Shown here one piece after another: positions 1 through 10,761 of a DNA stretch of 55,847 nucleotides (the first letter of the stretch is position 1; each line of letters starts with the position of its first letter). The notes under the pieces are model-generated. The model was given only the letters and a program-made list of their open reading frames with translations. It did no database searches and was not told the DNA's origin. The DNA is from Bacilli bacterium (lineage in GTDB: Bacteria; Bacillota_I; Bacilli_A; ML615J-28; CAG-698). The DNA is taken from NCBI GenBank assembly GCA_028702495.1, contig JAQVOS010000003.1:1-55847 (forward strand), read 5' to 3'. Made by a program: the position numbers and the translations under genes.

Positions 1-1
1 T

Positions 2-511
2 ATCATCGATACTCCAGGAGCTTATCCGGGGATTGGAGCTGAAGAACGAGGACAAGCATGGGCTATAGCTGAAAACCTTGCTTGTTTAAGTCAATTAAAC
101 GTTCCGACGATTGCCCTCATATTAAGTGAGGGAGGAAGCGGAGGAGCCCTTGCCTTGGCCTTAACCGATGAGGTATGGATGTGTGAAAATGCAACTTATT
201 CCATTCTTTCGCCCGAAGGATTTGCATCGATTCTATATAAAGATGCTTCCCTTGCTCCTGAAGTAGCAAAGGTGATGAAACTGACGAGTTTCGAACTATT
301 AGACTATCATTTAATCGATCGAATCATTCCTGAAACTCCTGATGGACTCCACTCAAACCCAAAAATTACATATACATATCTTCGGAAAGAATTGTATGAT
401 GTTTTTAAAGCATTACAAGGATTGTCAAATGAAGAACGACTTCATAAACGATATCAAAAATATCGTTTGATGGGTGAGTTTAAGGAAGGAGATACTTCAT
501 GTCGAAAGTAG
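2..511 (+). CDS. accA: Acetyl-CoA carboxylase carboxyltransferase alpha subunit, 5'-truncated by the window edge
   Basis: Frame is open from position 2: IDTPGAYPGIGAEERGQ...SEGGSGGALAL...YSILSPEGFASIL; upstream of fabD. Confidence 0.93.
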   Translation: MIDTPGAYPGIGAEERGQAWAIAENLACLSQLNVPTIALILSEGGSGGALALALTDEVWMCENATYSILSPEGFASILYKDASLAPEVAKVMKLTSFELLDYHLIDRIIPETPDGLHSNPKITYTYLRKELYDVFKALQGLSNEERLHKRYQKYRLMGEFKEGDTSCRK

Positions 512-1398
512 CGATTCTATTTGCAGGACAAGGATCACAAACCATAGGAATGGGAAAAGTGTTTTATGATTCCCCTTCCATACAAACACTTTATGAACAA
601 GGAAGTCAAATTTTAGGATATGACTTAGCTTCCCTTTGCTTTGAAGATGAAGGGAAACTACAAGATACACGATATACGCAAAATGCCATTTTAATGACTA
701 GTATTGCGATTTACGAGTCTGTAAAGCATGCATTACCAAGCCCCATTCAAGCCTTTTGTGGCTTTAGTTTAGGAGAGTTTACCGCGCTATATGCCGCTGG
801 TATCATTTCATTTTCTGATATCACATCGCTTGTTGGGATACGTGCCCAATCGATGAGCGAGGTAAGTCATCGTTATCCAGGAAAAATGGTTGCCCTCATT
901 GGTTTACAAGAAGATGTTGTTGCAACGTTTTGCAGTAAGATTTCAAACCTCTGGATTGCAAACTATAATGCTCCTGATCAAATTGTCATTTCTGGTGCAA
1001 AGAGTGCAGTAGATGAAGCGGTTCAAGAACTAAAAAGACTAGGACTGCGACGTGCCATTGAACTCAAAGTGAGCGGAGCTTTTCATACTCCGATGATGGA
1101 GGAAGCAAGTGCTGTCTTAGAAAAATATCTAAATAAGATCACTTTTAGTCGCCCTCATACCCCCATCGTTATGAATCGAACAGGAGCATATCTTGAATTT
1201 TCAAATTTAAAATCATGCATAATCGAGCAAATGAAATCACCAGTTCGGTTTTTTCAATCTATTGATCTATTAATAAAGGATGGATTTGATACATTTATTG
1301 AAATTGGACCAGGATGTGTTTTAGGGAATCTTGTAAAAAAGATGTATCCTGAAGTTTTCGTCGAATCTATTAATCAACCTTTGGAGGTAAAATCATGA
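499..1398 (+). CDS. fabD: Malonyl-CoA:ACP transacylase
   Basis: FAGQGSQ, GFSLGE, NYNAPDQIVISG, SGAFHTPMM and EIGPG motifs. Confidence 0.95.
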   Translation: MSKVAILFAGQGSQTIGMGKVFYDSPSIQTLYEQGSQILGYDLASLCFEDEGKLQDTRYTQNAILMTSIAIYESVKHALPSPIQAFCGFSLGEFTALYAAGIISFSDITSLVGIRAQSMSEVSHRYPGKMVALIGLQEDVVATFCSKISNLWIANYNAPDQIVISGAKSAVDEAVQELKRLGLRRAIELKVSGAFHTPMMEEASAVLEKYLNKITFSRPHTPIVMNRTGAYLEFSNLKSCIIEQMKSPVRFFQSIDLLIKDGFDTFIEIGPGCVLGNLVKKMYPEVFVESINQPLEVKS

Positions 1399-2144
1399 AA
1401 TTTAAAGACAATATCGTTTTAGTGACGGGTGGATCAGGAGGAATTGGCCAAGCAATCGCGATGGCTTTTGCGAGAGAAGGAGCAACCGTTATCGTTCATT
1501 ATCATCACAATCAACAAGAAGCAGAAAGAATAGCGACCCTAATTCAAGAAGAAGGGCATCGAGTAGAAACTATTCAAGCCAATATTGCTTCTTTAGAAGA
1601 AGTAACCAACATGATGGATCATATCCAAAATACTTACGGGAAAATGGATGTTCTTATTAATAATGCTGGATTGACCCGAGATAATCTCATTCTTCGAATG
1701 AGTGAAGAAGAATTTGATACCGTGATTAATACCAATTTAAAAGGAACTTGGAATTGTTGCAAGCAAGCCAGTAAAATGATGGCTAAGCAACGTTATGGAA
1801 AAATCATTAACATTTCCTCAGTCGTTGGTCTTGTAGGAAATGCTGGACAAAGTAATTACAGTGCTTCCAAAGCGGGTATCCTTGGACTTACCAAATCATT
1901 AGCGAAGGAACTTGCAAAAAGAGGCATTTGTGTGAATGCCATTGCTCCCGGTTTTATTGAAACTAAAATGACACAAAAGTTATCTTCGGAATGGGTTGAA
2001 GAAATTAAGAAGAATATTCCTCTAGGACGTTTAGGAAAACCAGAAGATGTTGCAAACGTAGCCCTCTTCCTGGCTTCTCCAGAAGCTGATTATCTTACAG
2101 GTCAAACCATCCAAGTGGATGGTGGGATGGTGATGTCATCATGA
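1395..2144 (+). CDS. fabG: 3-oxoacyl-ACP reductase
   Basis: TGGSGGIG, NNAGLTRDNL, NYSASKAG motifs; ATGA overlap with fabD. Confidence 0.95.
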   Translation: MKFKDNIVLVTGGSGGIGQAIAMAFAREGATVIVHYHHNQQEAERIATLIQEEGHRVETIQANIASLEEVTNMMDHIQNTYGKMDVLINNAGLTRDNLILRMSEEEFDTVINTNLKGTWNCCKQASKMMAKQRYGKIINISSVVGLVGNAGQSNYSASKAGILGLTKSLAKELAKRGICVNAIAPGFIETKMTQKLSSEWVEEIKKNIPLGRLGKPEDVANVALFLASPEADYLTGQTIQVDGGMVMSS

Positions 2145-3376
2145 AACGTCGAGTTGTAATTACAGGGATGGGAGTTCTATCTTCCATTGGGAATACAAAA
2201 GAAGAAATGTGGAAGAACTTGGTAGAGGGTGTGTGTGGGATTGCCCCCATTACTCACTTTGATGCTTCGTCGATGAAAGTAAAAATTGCGGGTGAAGTTA
2301 AAAATCTAGAGCCAGAACGTTATTTTGATTCCACAGTCACCAAAAGATTAGATCGTTCTACCTTATTTGCTCTCATTGCAAGCAAACAAGCCTATCAAGA
2401 AGCTCATCTTCCCAAAACCATCAACCATGATCGTTTTGGAGTTTATGTATCAAGTGGAATTGGCGGACTAGCGACAATTGAGGAAGAAACGCAAAAGATG
2501 ATTGAGCGAGGAAGTGATCGTATTTCGCCTTTCTTTGTTCCCAACAGTATCATTAATCTCATCGGAGGTCAAATAGCGATTCAGTTTCAAGCAAAAGGGC
2601 CTAATATTCCGATTGTAACGGCTTGTGCATCGGGAAACAATGCCATTGGTGAAGCGATGCGAGCCATTCAGACTAATCACATTGATTATGCTTTTTGTGG
2701 AGCAAGTGAAGCTCCCATCACAGCATTAGGTGTGGGAGGTTTTGCAGCAATGCGAGCCCTCAACACATCCAATGATCCACATCAATCGTCCATTCCCTTT
2801 GATAAACGAAGAAGTGGATTTGTTATGGCGGAAGGATCAGGAATCCTTATTATTGAAGAATATAATCATGCAAAACAAAGAGAGGCTCATATTTTAGGTG
2901 AACTTGTTGGGTATGGAACCAATTGTGATGCTTATCATATTACTTCTCCGGATCCCGATGCAGAGGGCATGACCAAATGCATGACGCTTGCTTTAAAGGA
3001 TGCGAAGTTAAAACCTCATCAAATTGATTATATCAATGCTCATGGAACGTCAACTCCACTAAATGACAGGTATGAAACAAGGGCAATCAAATGTGTTTTT
3101 AAGAAAGATGCATATTTAATACCCATCTCTTCCACAAAAGCATCTATAGGGCATTCCTTGGCTGCTGCAGGGGCAATAGAGGCCATTATTACAACCATGG
3201 CTCTTCAAAATGGAGTTGTTCCCCCTACCATTCATTATGAAGAAACTGATCCCGAATGTGACTTAAATTACACTGCGAATCATCCCATTTCCAAAGAATT
3301 AAAATATGCAATGAGTAATAGCTTTGGATTTGGCGGTCAAAATGCGGTTATTATTATCAAGAAATATGAAGAATAA
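2141..3376 (+). CDS. fabF: 3-oxoacyl-ACP synthase II
   Basis: TACASG, NAHGTST, GHSLAAAG and SNSFGFGG motifs. Confidence 0.95.
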   Translation: MKRRVVITGMGVLSSIGNTKEEMWKNLVEGVCGIAPITHFDASSMKVKIAGEVKNLEPERYFDSTVTKRLDRSTLFALIASKQAYQEAHLPKTINHDRFGVYVSSGIGGLATIEEETQKMIERGSDRISPFFVPNSIINLIGGQIAIQFQAKGPNIPIVTACASGNNAIGEAMRAIQTNHIDYAFCGASEAPITALGVGGFAAMRALNTSNDPHQSSIPFDKRRSGFVMAEGSGILIIEEYNHAKQREAHILGELVGYGTNCDAYHITSPDPDAEGMTKCMTLALKDAKLKPHQIDYINAHGTSTPLNDRYETRAIKCVFKKDAYLIPISSTKASIGHSLAAAGAIEAIITTMALQNGVVPPTIHYEETDPECDLNYTANHPISKELKYAMSNSFGFGGQNAVIIIKKYEE

Positions 3377-3380
3377 ATAG

Positions 3381-3412
3381 TTAAAGCGATAGAATCAAAT
3401 CTATCGCTTTAA
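3381..3412. terminator. Intrinsic terminator-like hairpin after fabF
   Basis: Perfect 13-bp inverted repeat ttaaagcgataga / tctatcgctttaa. Confidence 0.7.
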
Positions 3413-3612
3413 ATGTTAATGTCGTGAATTTTTAAGAATCATATACTAAATAACTGAGATCTTAACATTCTACTATTTAATAAATTTTAACAAGAAATCA
3501 GATATACCTATTATTGTATATCCATTTTCAGTATGATTTTATTGTGGTTAATTTGACTCTCTAAATCATTCGTTTATGTGGTATAATGATATCGAAATGG
3601 AGGAATGACACT

Positions 3613-5076
3613 ATGGCAACACATGGCATCTTATTACATGTTTCCTCTCTTCCTAATAATTATGGAGTTGGTTCCTTTGGGCAATGTGCTTATGAGTTTA
3701 TTGACTTCTTAAAGAAATCCAATCAAAAAGTATGGCAATTGCTTCCATTAGGACCCACATCATATGGTGATTCTCCTTATCAAACCTTATCAAGTTTTGC
3801 GGGGAATCCCTATTTTATTGATTTAGAATTTTTAAGTCATGACGGATTATTATCACAAAAAGAATTAAAAGATCAAAAAGTAATAGACACTAAGCGCGTG
3901 AACTATGAGGAATTATACTTAAATCGATTTGAAGTTTTAAAACTTGCTTTTTCACGCTTTGATAGAAAACATCTTCCTTATTTAAAATTCATTGAAGAAG
4001 AGGCAAATTGGATTCATGATTATGCTTTGTTCATGAGCATTAAAAACACCATGAATGGAGCAAGCTGGCAAGAATGGCCGCGTGAATATAAATTTCGAGA
4101 TAAAGGAACGCTTAGAAAATTTACCAAAGAACATCGTGATGAAATTGAATTTTGGTATTTCACTCAATATAAATTTGCATCTCAATGGAAGCAACTTCAT
4201 CAATATGCAAAAAAGAATCATATCAAAATCATGGGAGATGTTCCCATCTATGTTGCGCATGATTCTGTTGATATTTGGATGAATCCCACTCAATATGAAC
4301 TGGATGAAAACTTAAATCCGACTCTTGTTGCTGGAGTTCCACCCGATGCTTTTTCAAGCGATGGACAACGATGGGGAAACCCTCTCTATCGATATGATGT
4401 GATGGAAAAAGACCATTACACTTGGTGGAAGAGGCGCATCTTGCATGCCCTCGAGCTTTTTGATATCATTCGTATTGATCATTTCCGAGGATTTGAAGCC
4501 TATTACGCCATCCCAAGTCATGAGGTTACCGCCAAGAATGGGACCTGGATGAAGGGACCTGGGTCTTCCTTATGGAAAGAAATTTTAAAAGAGAACAAAA
4601 ATGCTCATATCATCGCTGAAAACTTAGGATTTTTAACTCCAGGGGTCGAAAGGTTATTAAAGGATTGCAACTTTCCTGGAATGAAGGTTTTGCAATTCAC
4701 CCTACTTAGCGATAAACTAGAAGACAATATGAAAACTTTTAATAAGAACCAAGTTGTTTATCCTGGAACCCATGATAATCCTCCTCTTAAATCATGGATA
4801 GGTACACTGAAGCGCACACAAAAAGAAATTCTTTTCTTGAAATTAGGCGTCAACAATACCGAAGATGCAATCACTCGTATTATTCGATTAGTACTTGGGC
4901 TTAAAACACATATGGTGATTGTATCATTACAGGATTATCTTCACTTAGGAGAAACGGCTCGGCTTAATACTCCGGGGACAACGCATGGAAACTGGACATG
5001 GAGGGTTCCTAAGCGTTCTTTAACAGACAATCTTGCAAATACGATTGCCAACCTAGGAGAAACTCTAAAATCATAA
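3613..5076 (+). CDS. malQ: 4-alpha-glucanotransferase (GH77)
   Basis: GILLHVSSLP, SPYQ, RIDHFRG, AENLG, YPGTHDN, NTPGT..GNWTWR; start placed at ATG 3613 after GGAGGA. Confidence 0.93.
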   Translation: MATHGILLHVSSLPNNYGVGSFGQCAYEFIDFLKKSNQKVWQLLPLGPTSYGDSPYQTLSSFAGNPYFIDLEFLSHDGLLSQKELKDQKVIDTKRVNYEELYLNRFEVLKLAFSRFDRKHLPYLKFIEEEANWIHDYALFMSIKNTMNGASWQEWPREYKFRDKGTLRKFTKEHRDEIEFWYFTQYKFASQWKQLHQYAKKNHIKIMGDVPIYVAHDSVDIWMNPTQYELDENLNPTLVAGVPPDAFSSDGQRWGNPLYRYDVMEKDHYTWWKRRILHALELFDIIRIDHFRGFEAYYAIPSHEVTAKNGTWMKGPGSSLWKEILKENKNAHIIAENLGFLTPGVERLLKDCNFPGMKVLQFTLLSDKLEDNMKTFNKNQVVYPGTHDNPPLKSWIGTLKRTQKEILFLKLGVNNTEDAITRIIRLVLGLKTHMVIVSLQDYLHLGETARLNTPGTTHGNWTWRVPKRSLTDNLANTIANLGETLKS

Positions 5077-5102
5077 ACGATGTCGATTCGATATCGTTTT
5101 TT
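5075..5102 (+). terminator. Intrinsic terminator after malQ
   Basis: aaacgatgtcg / cgatatcgttt hairpin followed by a T-run. Confidence 0.65.
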
Positions 5103-5124
5103 CATTTCATCCTTTTCGTTTTTG

Positions 5125-5153
5125 TTGAGTAAAAAATTGATTTAGTGTATAAT
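5125..5153 (+). promoter_or_regulatory. Sigma70/SigA-type promoter for the glg operon
   Basis: TTGAGT-17 nt-TATAAT. Confidence 0.55.
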
Positions 5154-5183
5154 GAGAATAGAAATTGGATGTCGGAGGGTAGA

Positions 5184-7016
5184 ATGAAACAATTTATCAA
5201 TGCATTTCACACAACCTATGCGACCGATGCTTATCGTTATTTAGGTTCTCATTATGAGAATCCTCTTCGCTCTAGTTTAGTCACCTTTAGGGTCTATGCT
5301 CCTCATGCAAATGAAGTCCATGTTGTGGGTGATTTCAACAAGTGGAATCCAACCTCTAACCCCATGAAGCAAATTGAAGGGGGACTATGGGAAGCGACGA
5401 TTGATTCCATCCCCCCCTTTGCAAATTATAAATATGCCATCACATCTTTAGGAAAAACATTCCTAAAACAAGATCCTTATGCGAATCACTTCGAAACCAA
5501 TGGGAAGACGAGTTCAAAGGTTTATCCTTTAATGCCTTATCCTTATCAAGATACGATTCGTCCTCATTCACCTCACGATCCCATGAACATCTATGAAGTT
5601 CATTTTTCTTCATGGAGACGTCATGAACATTCCTATTATAGTTATCAAAATTTAGCCGATGAACTCATTCCTTATGCAAAAGAAATGGGTTATACGCACC
5701 TTGAAATCATGCCAATTATGGAGTACCCCTTTGATGGATCATGGGGATATCAAGTAACTGGCTATTTTGGCATTACCTCACGATATGGAACCTTTGATGA
5801 TTTTCGTGCCTTTGTTCATCGTGCTCACGAAGCGGGAATCGGCATTATTTTAGATTGGGTACCCGCTCACTTTGCGAAAGATGCCTTTGGACTCATTGAA
5901 TATGATGGTACTTACCTTTATGAGGATCCCGACCCCAATCGGCGGGAGCATGAAGGATGGGGAACTCGTATTTTTAATTTTGCAGCTCCAGAAGTTAAGT
6001 CCTTCCTCATTTCAAGTGCACTTTTCTTCTTTGAATATTGTCATGTCGATGGGCTTCGTGTTGATGCAGTAGCCTCCATGTTATATCTTGATTATGATCG
6101 TAAAAAATGGAAACCCAATCGATATGGGTCAAATCTTAATTTAGAAGCTATTACCTTTTTAAAAGACTTAAACCAAACCGTTCATCGCCTATTTCCTGAT
6201 CGAATGATGATAGCTGAAGAGTCGACATCATTCCCTAAAATAACAGTTCCTGTTCATGAAGGAGGACTCGGATTTCATTACAAATGGAATATGGGGTGGA
6301 TGAATGATACCTTGGCTTATTTTGTAACCAACCCCCTCTTTAGAAGTCATCAACATGAAAAACTGATGTTCTCAATGATGTATGCATTTAGTGAGCACTA
6401 CGTTCTTCCCTTATCTCATGATGAAGTTGTTCATGGTAAAAAGTCCTTAATTGGGAAAATGCCAGGAGAATATAACGAACAATTCGCCGGACTTCGTCTT
6501 CTAGCTGGCTATCAAATAGTTCATCCGGGTAAAAAACTCACCTTTATGGGAAATGAATTTGCTCAATTTATCGAATGGAATTATAATCAAGGATTGGATT
6601 GGCTTCTGCTTCTCTATCCGACTCATAAAGCACATCAAGATTATATCAAAGCACTCAATCACCTCTATCTGAAGGAAAATGCCCTGTGGGAGCAAGATGA
6701 TTCTTGGAACGGATTTTCATGGGTTTTATCGAAACCCAATGACAATCTTCTCATAACGAAAAGAGTAGGGTCTTATGGAAATGCGCTTCTCATTATCATG
6801 AATTTTTCAGGAAACAATTACAATGATTATCGCTTTGGGTTAGACCAAGGAAAATATAAACTCCTATTAAACAGTGATGACGCCATCTTTGGTGGCCAAG
6901 GAATTCCTCTTCATGATTTTGATACCGAAATGGTTTCTTGTGACGGGGTTTCCTCCTCAGGAGTCCTAAATATTCCCCGTCTATCCATTCTCATCTATTC
7001 AAAAAGAAAGGAATAA
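5184..7016 (+). CDS. glgB: 1,4-alpha-glucan branching enzyme
   Basis: SWGYQVTGY, DWVPAHF, DGLRVDAVASML, AEEST, PLSHDEVVHGK; ATG 5184 follows GGAGG. Confidence 0.95.
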   Translation: MKQFINAFHTTYATDAYRYLGSHYENPLRSSLVTFRVYAPHANEVHVVGDFNKWNPTSNPMKQIEGGLWEATIDSIPPFANYKYAITSLGKTFLKQDPYANHFETNGKTSSKVYPLMPYPYQDTIRPHSPHDPMNIYEVHFSSWRRHEHSYYSYQNLADELIPYAKEMGYTHLEIMPIMEYPFDGSWGYQVTGYFGITSRYGTFDDFRAFVHRAHEAGIGIILDWVPAHFAKDAFGLIEYDGTYLYEDPDPNRREHEGWGTRIFNFAAPEVKSFLISSALFFFEYCHVDGLRVDAVASMLYLDYDRKKWKPNRYGSNLNLEAITFLKDLNQTVHRLFPDRMMIAEESTSFPKITVPVHEGGLGFHYKWNMGWMNDTLAYFVTNPLFRSHQHEKLMFSMMYAFSEHYVLPLSHDEVVHGKKSLIGKMPGEYNEQFAGLRLLAGYQIVHPGKKLTFMGNEFAQFIEWNYNQGLDWLLLLYPTHKAHQDYIKALNHLYLKENALWEQDDSWNGFSWVLSKPNDNLLITKRVGSYGNALLIIMNFSGNNYNDYRFGLDQGKYKLLLNSDDAIFGGQGIPLHDFDTEMVSCDGVSSSGVLNIPRLSILIYSKRKE

Positions 7017-7019
7017 ATT

Positions 7020-8198
7020 ATGTTCAACAAAAAAGAATGTGTTGCCATGTTATTAGCGGGTGGTCAAGGGAGTCGTTTGTATGCTCTTACCAACAAAATT
7101 GCAAAACCTGCCGTGACCTATGGTGCGAAGTATCGCATTATTGATTTTCCTCTTTCCAATTGTGTTAATTCAGGAATTGATACCGTTGGGGTTCTCACCC
7201 AATATGAACCCCTTTTACTAAACCGATATATTGGAGCAGGACAACCATGGGATCTTGACCGAAACTTTGGAGGAGTACATATCCTTCCCCCCTATCAAGG
7301 AAAAAAGAAAGGGGAATGGTATAAAGGAACCGCCAATGCGATTTACCAAAACATCGATTTTATTAAACGTTATCGTCCCGAATATGTGCTCATTTTATCA
7401 GGCGACCACATTTATAAAATGGATTATAGCAAAATGGTCGCTCATCATAAAGAGCATGACGCTGAGCTTACGATAGCCGTTTTAGAAGTTCCATGGGAAG
7501 AAGCCAGCCGTTTTGGAATCATGACCACAAACGAAAAAGCACAAATTACTGAGTTCAATGAAAAACCAGCAAAACCTACCTCCAATCTTGCATCAATGGG
7601 AATCTATATCTTTAATACAGATGTCCTATTTTCATATCTTGAAGCTGATGAAAAAAATCCTGCCTCTTCTAATGACTTTGGGAAAAACATTATTCCAACG
7701 ATGTTAAAAGATGGAAGAGTCTTGAGCGCCTATCCTTTTAGTGGTTACTGGAAAGATGTGGGTACCATTCAAAGTTTGTGGGATGCCAATATGGACCTCC
7801 TTTCCACGCTTCCTCAATTTGATTTATTCGAATCCAATTGGAAAATCTATTCACGTAATGAAGCTCGTCCCCCACAGTTTATTGCAAAGGGCGCTGTGAC
7901 TAAAAATTCTCTCATTTCGGATGGCTCATTTATTGAAGGCACCGTGATGAATTCTCTTCTTTCCAGCAATGTTCATGTTGGGAAAGGAACGGTTATTCGC
8001 GACTCCATTATCTTTGCGGATACAGTAATCGGTGAAGGATGCACCATCGACTGTGCAATTATAGATGAACACGTAACGATTTCACCCCATGTGACCATTG
8101 GTGGTAGTGATAAAATCACGGTCATTGGATCTGATGCCACGATTGGTGAAGGCATTCAAATTGCCTGTGGTGAAATGGTTGAAACGGATCGGAGGTAA
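7020..8198 (+). CDS. glgC: Glucose-1-phosphate adenylyltransferase
   Basis: [47 protein letters not shown]. Confidence 0.95.
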   Translation: MFNKKECVAMLLAGGQGSRLYALTNKIAKPAVTYGAKYRIIDFPLSNCVNSGIDTVGVLTQYEPLLLNRYIGAGQPWDLDRNFGGVHILPPYQGKKKGEWYKGTANAIYQNIDFIKRYRPEYVLILSGDHIYKMDYSKMVAHHKEHDAELTIAVLEVPWEEASRFGIMTTNEKAQITEFNEKPAKPTSNLASMGIYIFNTDVLFSYLEADEKNPASSNDFGKNIIPTMLKDGRVLSAYPFSGYWKDVGTIQSLWDANMDLLSTLPQFDLFESNWKIYSRNEARPPQFIAKGAVTKNSLISDGSFIEGTVMNSLLSSNVHVGKGTVIRDSIIFADTVIGEGCTIDCAIIDEHVTISPHVTIGGSDKITVIGSDATIGEGIQIACGEMVETDRR

Positions 8199-8203
8199 AA
8201 TAA

Positions 8204-9316
8204 ATGGCTACACTAGGTTTAATTTTTTCAAATATTCATGATCAAGAAAACTTTGACGTCACCAAAAACCGTACCATTGCATCAACTCCGGTGGGTGGAC
8301 GATATCGTCTCATTGACTTTTCATTATCTAGTATGGTGAATAATAACATCTCTCATATCGGTGTTGTCACAAAAAACAATTATCAATCCCTCATGGACCA
8401 TGTTGGTTCAGGAAAAGATTGGGACTTGGCTCGTAAAAGAGGGGGCCTTACCATCCTTCCTCCCTATGGCACAACCTGTGACTTTTATAATTCAAGACTT
8501 GAAGCCCTTAAAACGATTGTTCGTTTTATTGATATGTCACCAGAAGAATATGTCGTTTTAACCGATTGCTATCATGTATGTAATATTGATTATCGACCTG
8601 TCTTTAGAAAACATTTTGATAGTGGTGCCGATATTACTTGCATGTATCGCAATCACATCGTCAAAGAAGATGAATATAAACCCGTCACGGTCTTCACCTT
8701 AGATGAAGAAGATCGGATTGTTGGAATGAATTCTTATCAAAGTTTTGTTGGAATGGCATCCACATCCATCGACACCTGGGTCATGAAAAAAGAACTCCTG
8801 TCGCGATTAGTTCATGATGCAATTGATCGTGGACTCAAGAGCTTTAATCGTGAAATCATCAAAGAGAATCTAGACCATTTACGGATTGTAGGGTATAACT
8901 TCACTGGATACTTTGGTTCATTAAGTTCGATGAAAACTTATTATGAAGTAAATATGGATCTTTTGAATCCTACCATTCGTGATGAACTGTTTAATCAAGA
9001 AGGCCGAAGCATCTATACCAAAGTAAGAGACTCCGCTCCTACCAAATATGAAGATCATGCCCATGTGGAAGATTCCATGATTGCTGATGGTTGCATGATT
9101 GATGGTGAAGTCACTTCAAGTGTCTTATTCCGAGGTACCGTGATTGAGAAAAATGTGAAGGTAAATCACTCCATCTTAATGCAGGGAACAATCGTTGGAG
9201 GAGACTCACAAATATCGTATGTAATTACTGATAAAGAGGTAACCATTCGCCCGAAAACCATTCTTCATGGATCCCCCATGCATCCTATTTACCTTAAAAA
9301 AGGAGAAATTGTATGA
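8204..9316 (+). CDS. glgD: Glucose-1-phosphate adenylyltransferase subunit GlgD
   Basis: GlgC paralog (GGRYRLIDF.LS, GSGKDWDL) directly after glgC, as in Firmicutes. Confidence 0.9.
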   Translation: MATLGLIFSNIHDQENFDVTKNRTIASTPVGGRYRLIDFSLSSMVNNNISHIGVVTKNNYQSLMDHVGSGKDWDLARKRGGLTILPPYGTTCDFYNSRLEALKTIVRFIDMSPEEYVVLTDCYHVCNIDYRPVFRKHFDSGADITCMYRNHIVKEDEYKPVTVFTLDEEDRIVGMNSYQSFVGMASTSIDTWVMKKELLSRLVHDAIDRGLKSFNREIIKENLDHLRIVGYNFTGYFGSLSSMKTYYEVNMDLLNPTIRDELFNQEGRSIYTKVRDSAPTKYEDHAHVEDSMIADGCMIDGEVTSSVLFRGTVIEKNVKVNHSILMQGTIVGGDSQISYVITDKEVTIRPKTILHGSPMHPIYLKKGEIV

Positions 9317-10749
9317 AACAAGTCGTTTTTGTAGCGGCTGAGGTTCATCCTTTTGCTCAAACGGGGGGCTTAGCTGAGGTCATTGGGTCTCTTCCACAAG
9401 CCATCAAAGAAACCTCGCGTGATTATCAGGTCTCGGTCGTAATGCCGTATTACCGAGTTGTTCAAAAGAAAATTCGCGATCAAGTGAAATTAATTGCCAC
9501 TGCGGAAGTGATGCTAGCATGGCGAAGATTATATTGTGGATTTTTACATCTCAATGAAGGTGGAATTGATTACTATTTTATTGATAATCAGTATTATTAT
9601 GATCGTGATGAACTTTATGGTCATTATGATGATGGTGAACGATTTGCTTTCTTTGGAAAAGCGGTTTTTCACTTATTAGATGCCATCCATCTCACCCCAG
9701 ACATCCTTCATACCCATGACTGGCATAGTGCGATGGTGAATGTATATCTCGATATTTTGTATAAGAAAGAAGGACATCTTTTAAATACAAAATCGATCTT
9801 TACGATTCACAATATCCAGTATCAAGGAATATTTCCTCCCGAAATACTTGAAGATGTTTTAGGAATTTCTTCACAATACCGACATATTATGGAGTATAAT
9901 GGATTGGTGAACTTCATGAAGGGTGCGATTACCACAGCGGATCTTGTTACTACCGTGTCTCCTCGTTATGCAAAAGAAATTCGCACCGCTCAATTTGCCT
10001 GTGGACTTGAATACATTACTCGTCTTCATCCTGAAAAAATTGAAGGAATCTTAAACGGGATCAATACTGTCTTTTATGATCCAAATCATGACCCCATTCT
10101 TTCTTCCCTCTATACTCCTAAGACTTTTCACCAAAAAGCCATCAATAAAGAGTATCTTCAAAAAAGCTTGGGCTTAGTTCAGGATACCACGATTCCAATG
10201 ATCGCCATCATCTCAAGGCTTGTTACCCAAAAAGGACTCAATCTTGTCGTTGATGTCTTTCGTGATATGATGGAACTTCCTTGTCAAATCATCATCCTTG
10301 GAAAAGGTGATGATTATTATCAAGAGAAGTTTGTTGAACTGGCGAAAGAATATCCAGGGAGAGTGGCTTCCATCATTGCTTTTGATATCAATTTATCAAA
10401 GAAGATTTATGCTGGATCGGATATTTTCTTAATGCCTTCGAAAATGGAACCATGTGGACTATCCCAAATGATTGCTTGCCGATATGGAACAGTTCCCATC
10501 GTTAGAGCAACAGGTGGTCTCTTTGATTCCATTAAAGATGTATCCGATACCGAAGAAAAAGGTAATGGATTTGTTTTCAAAGATTTTGATGCTGGACAAA
10601 TGCTAGAAAAAGTGAAGGAAGCCATCGCCCTTTATCAAGAGCCACCCCAATTTAAAAAACTTGCAAAACATATCATGAGTGTTGATTTCTCATGGAATGT
10701 TTCAGCAAAACGATACATCGAAAAATACAATCAGTTATTAAACCACTAA
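9313..10749 (+). CDS. glgA: Glycogen synthase
   Basis: TGGLAEV, HTHDWH, MPSKMEPCGLSQM, GTVPIVRATGGL. Confidence 0.95.
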   Translation: MKQVVFVAAEVHPFAQTGGLAEVIGSLPQAIKETSRDYQVSVVMPYYRVVQKKIRDQVKLIATAEVMLAWRRLYCGFLHLNEGGIDYYFIDNQYYYDRDELYGHYDDGERFAFFGKAVFHLLDAIHLTPDILHTHDWHSAMVNVYLDILYKKEGHLLNTKSIFTIHNIQYQGIFPPEILEDVLGISSQYRHIMEYNGLVNFMKGAITTADLVTTVSPRYAKEIRTAQFACGLEYITRLHPEKIEGILNGINTVFYDPNHDPILSSLYTPKTFHQKAINKEYLQKSLGLVQDTTIPMIAIISRLVTQKGLNLVVDVFRDMMELPCQIIILGKGDDYYQEKFVELAKEYPGRVASIIAFDINLSKKIYAGSDIFLMPSKMEPCGLSQMIACRYGTVPIVRATGGLFDSIKDVSDTEEKGNGFVFKDFDAGQMLEKVKEAIALYQEPPQFKKLAKHIMSVDFSWNVSAKRYIEKYNQLLNH

Positions 10750-10761
10750 AGGAGTGCACCT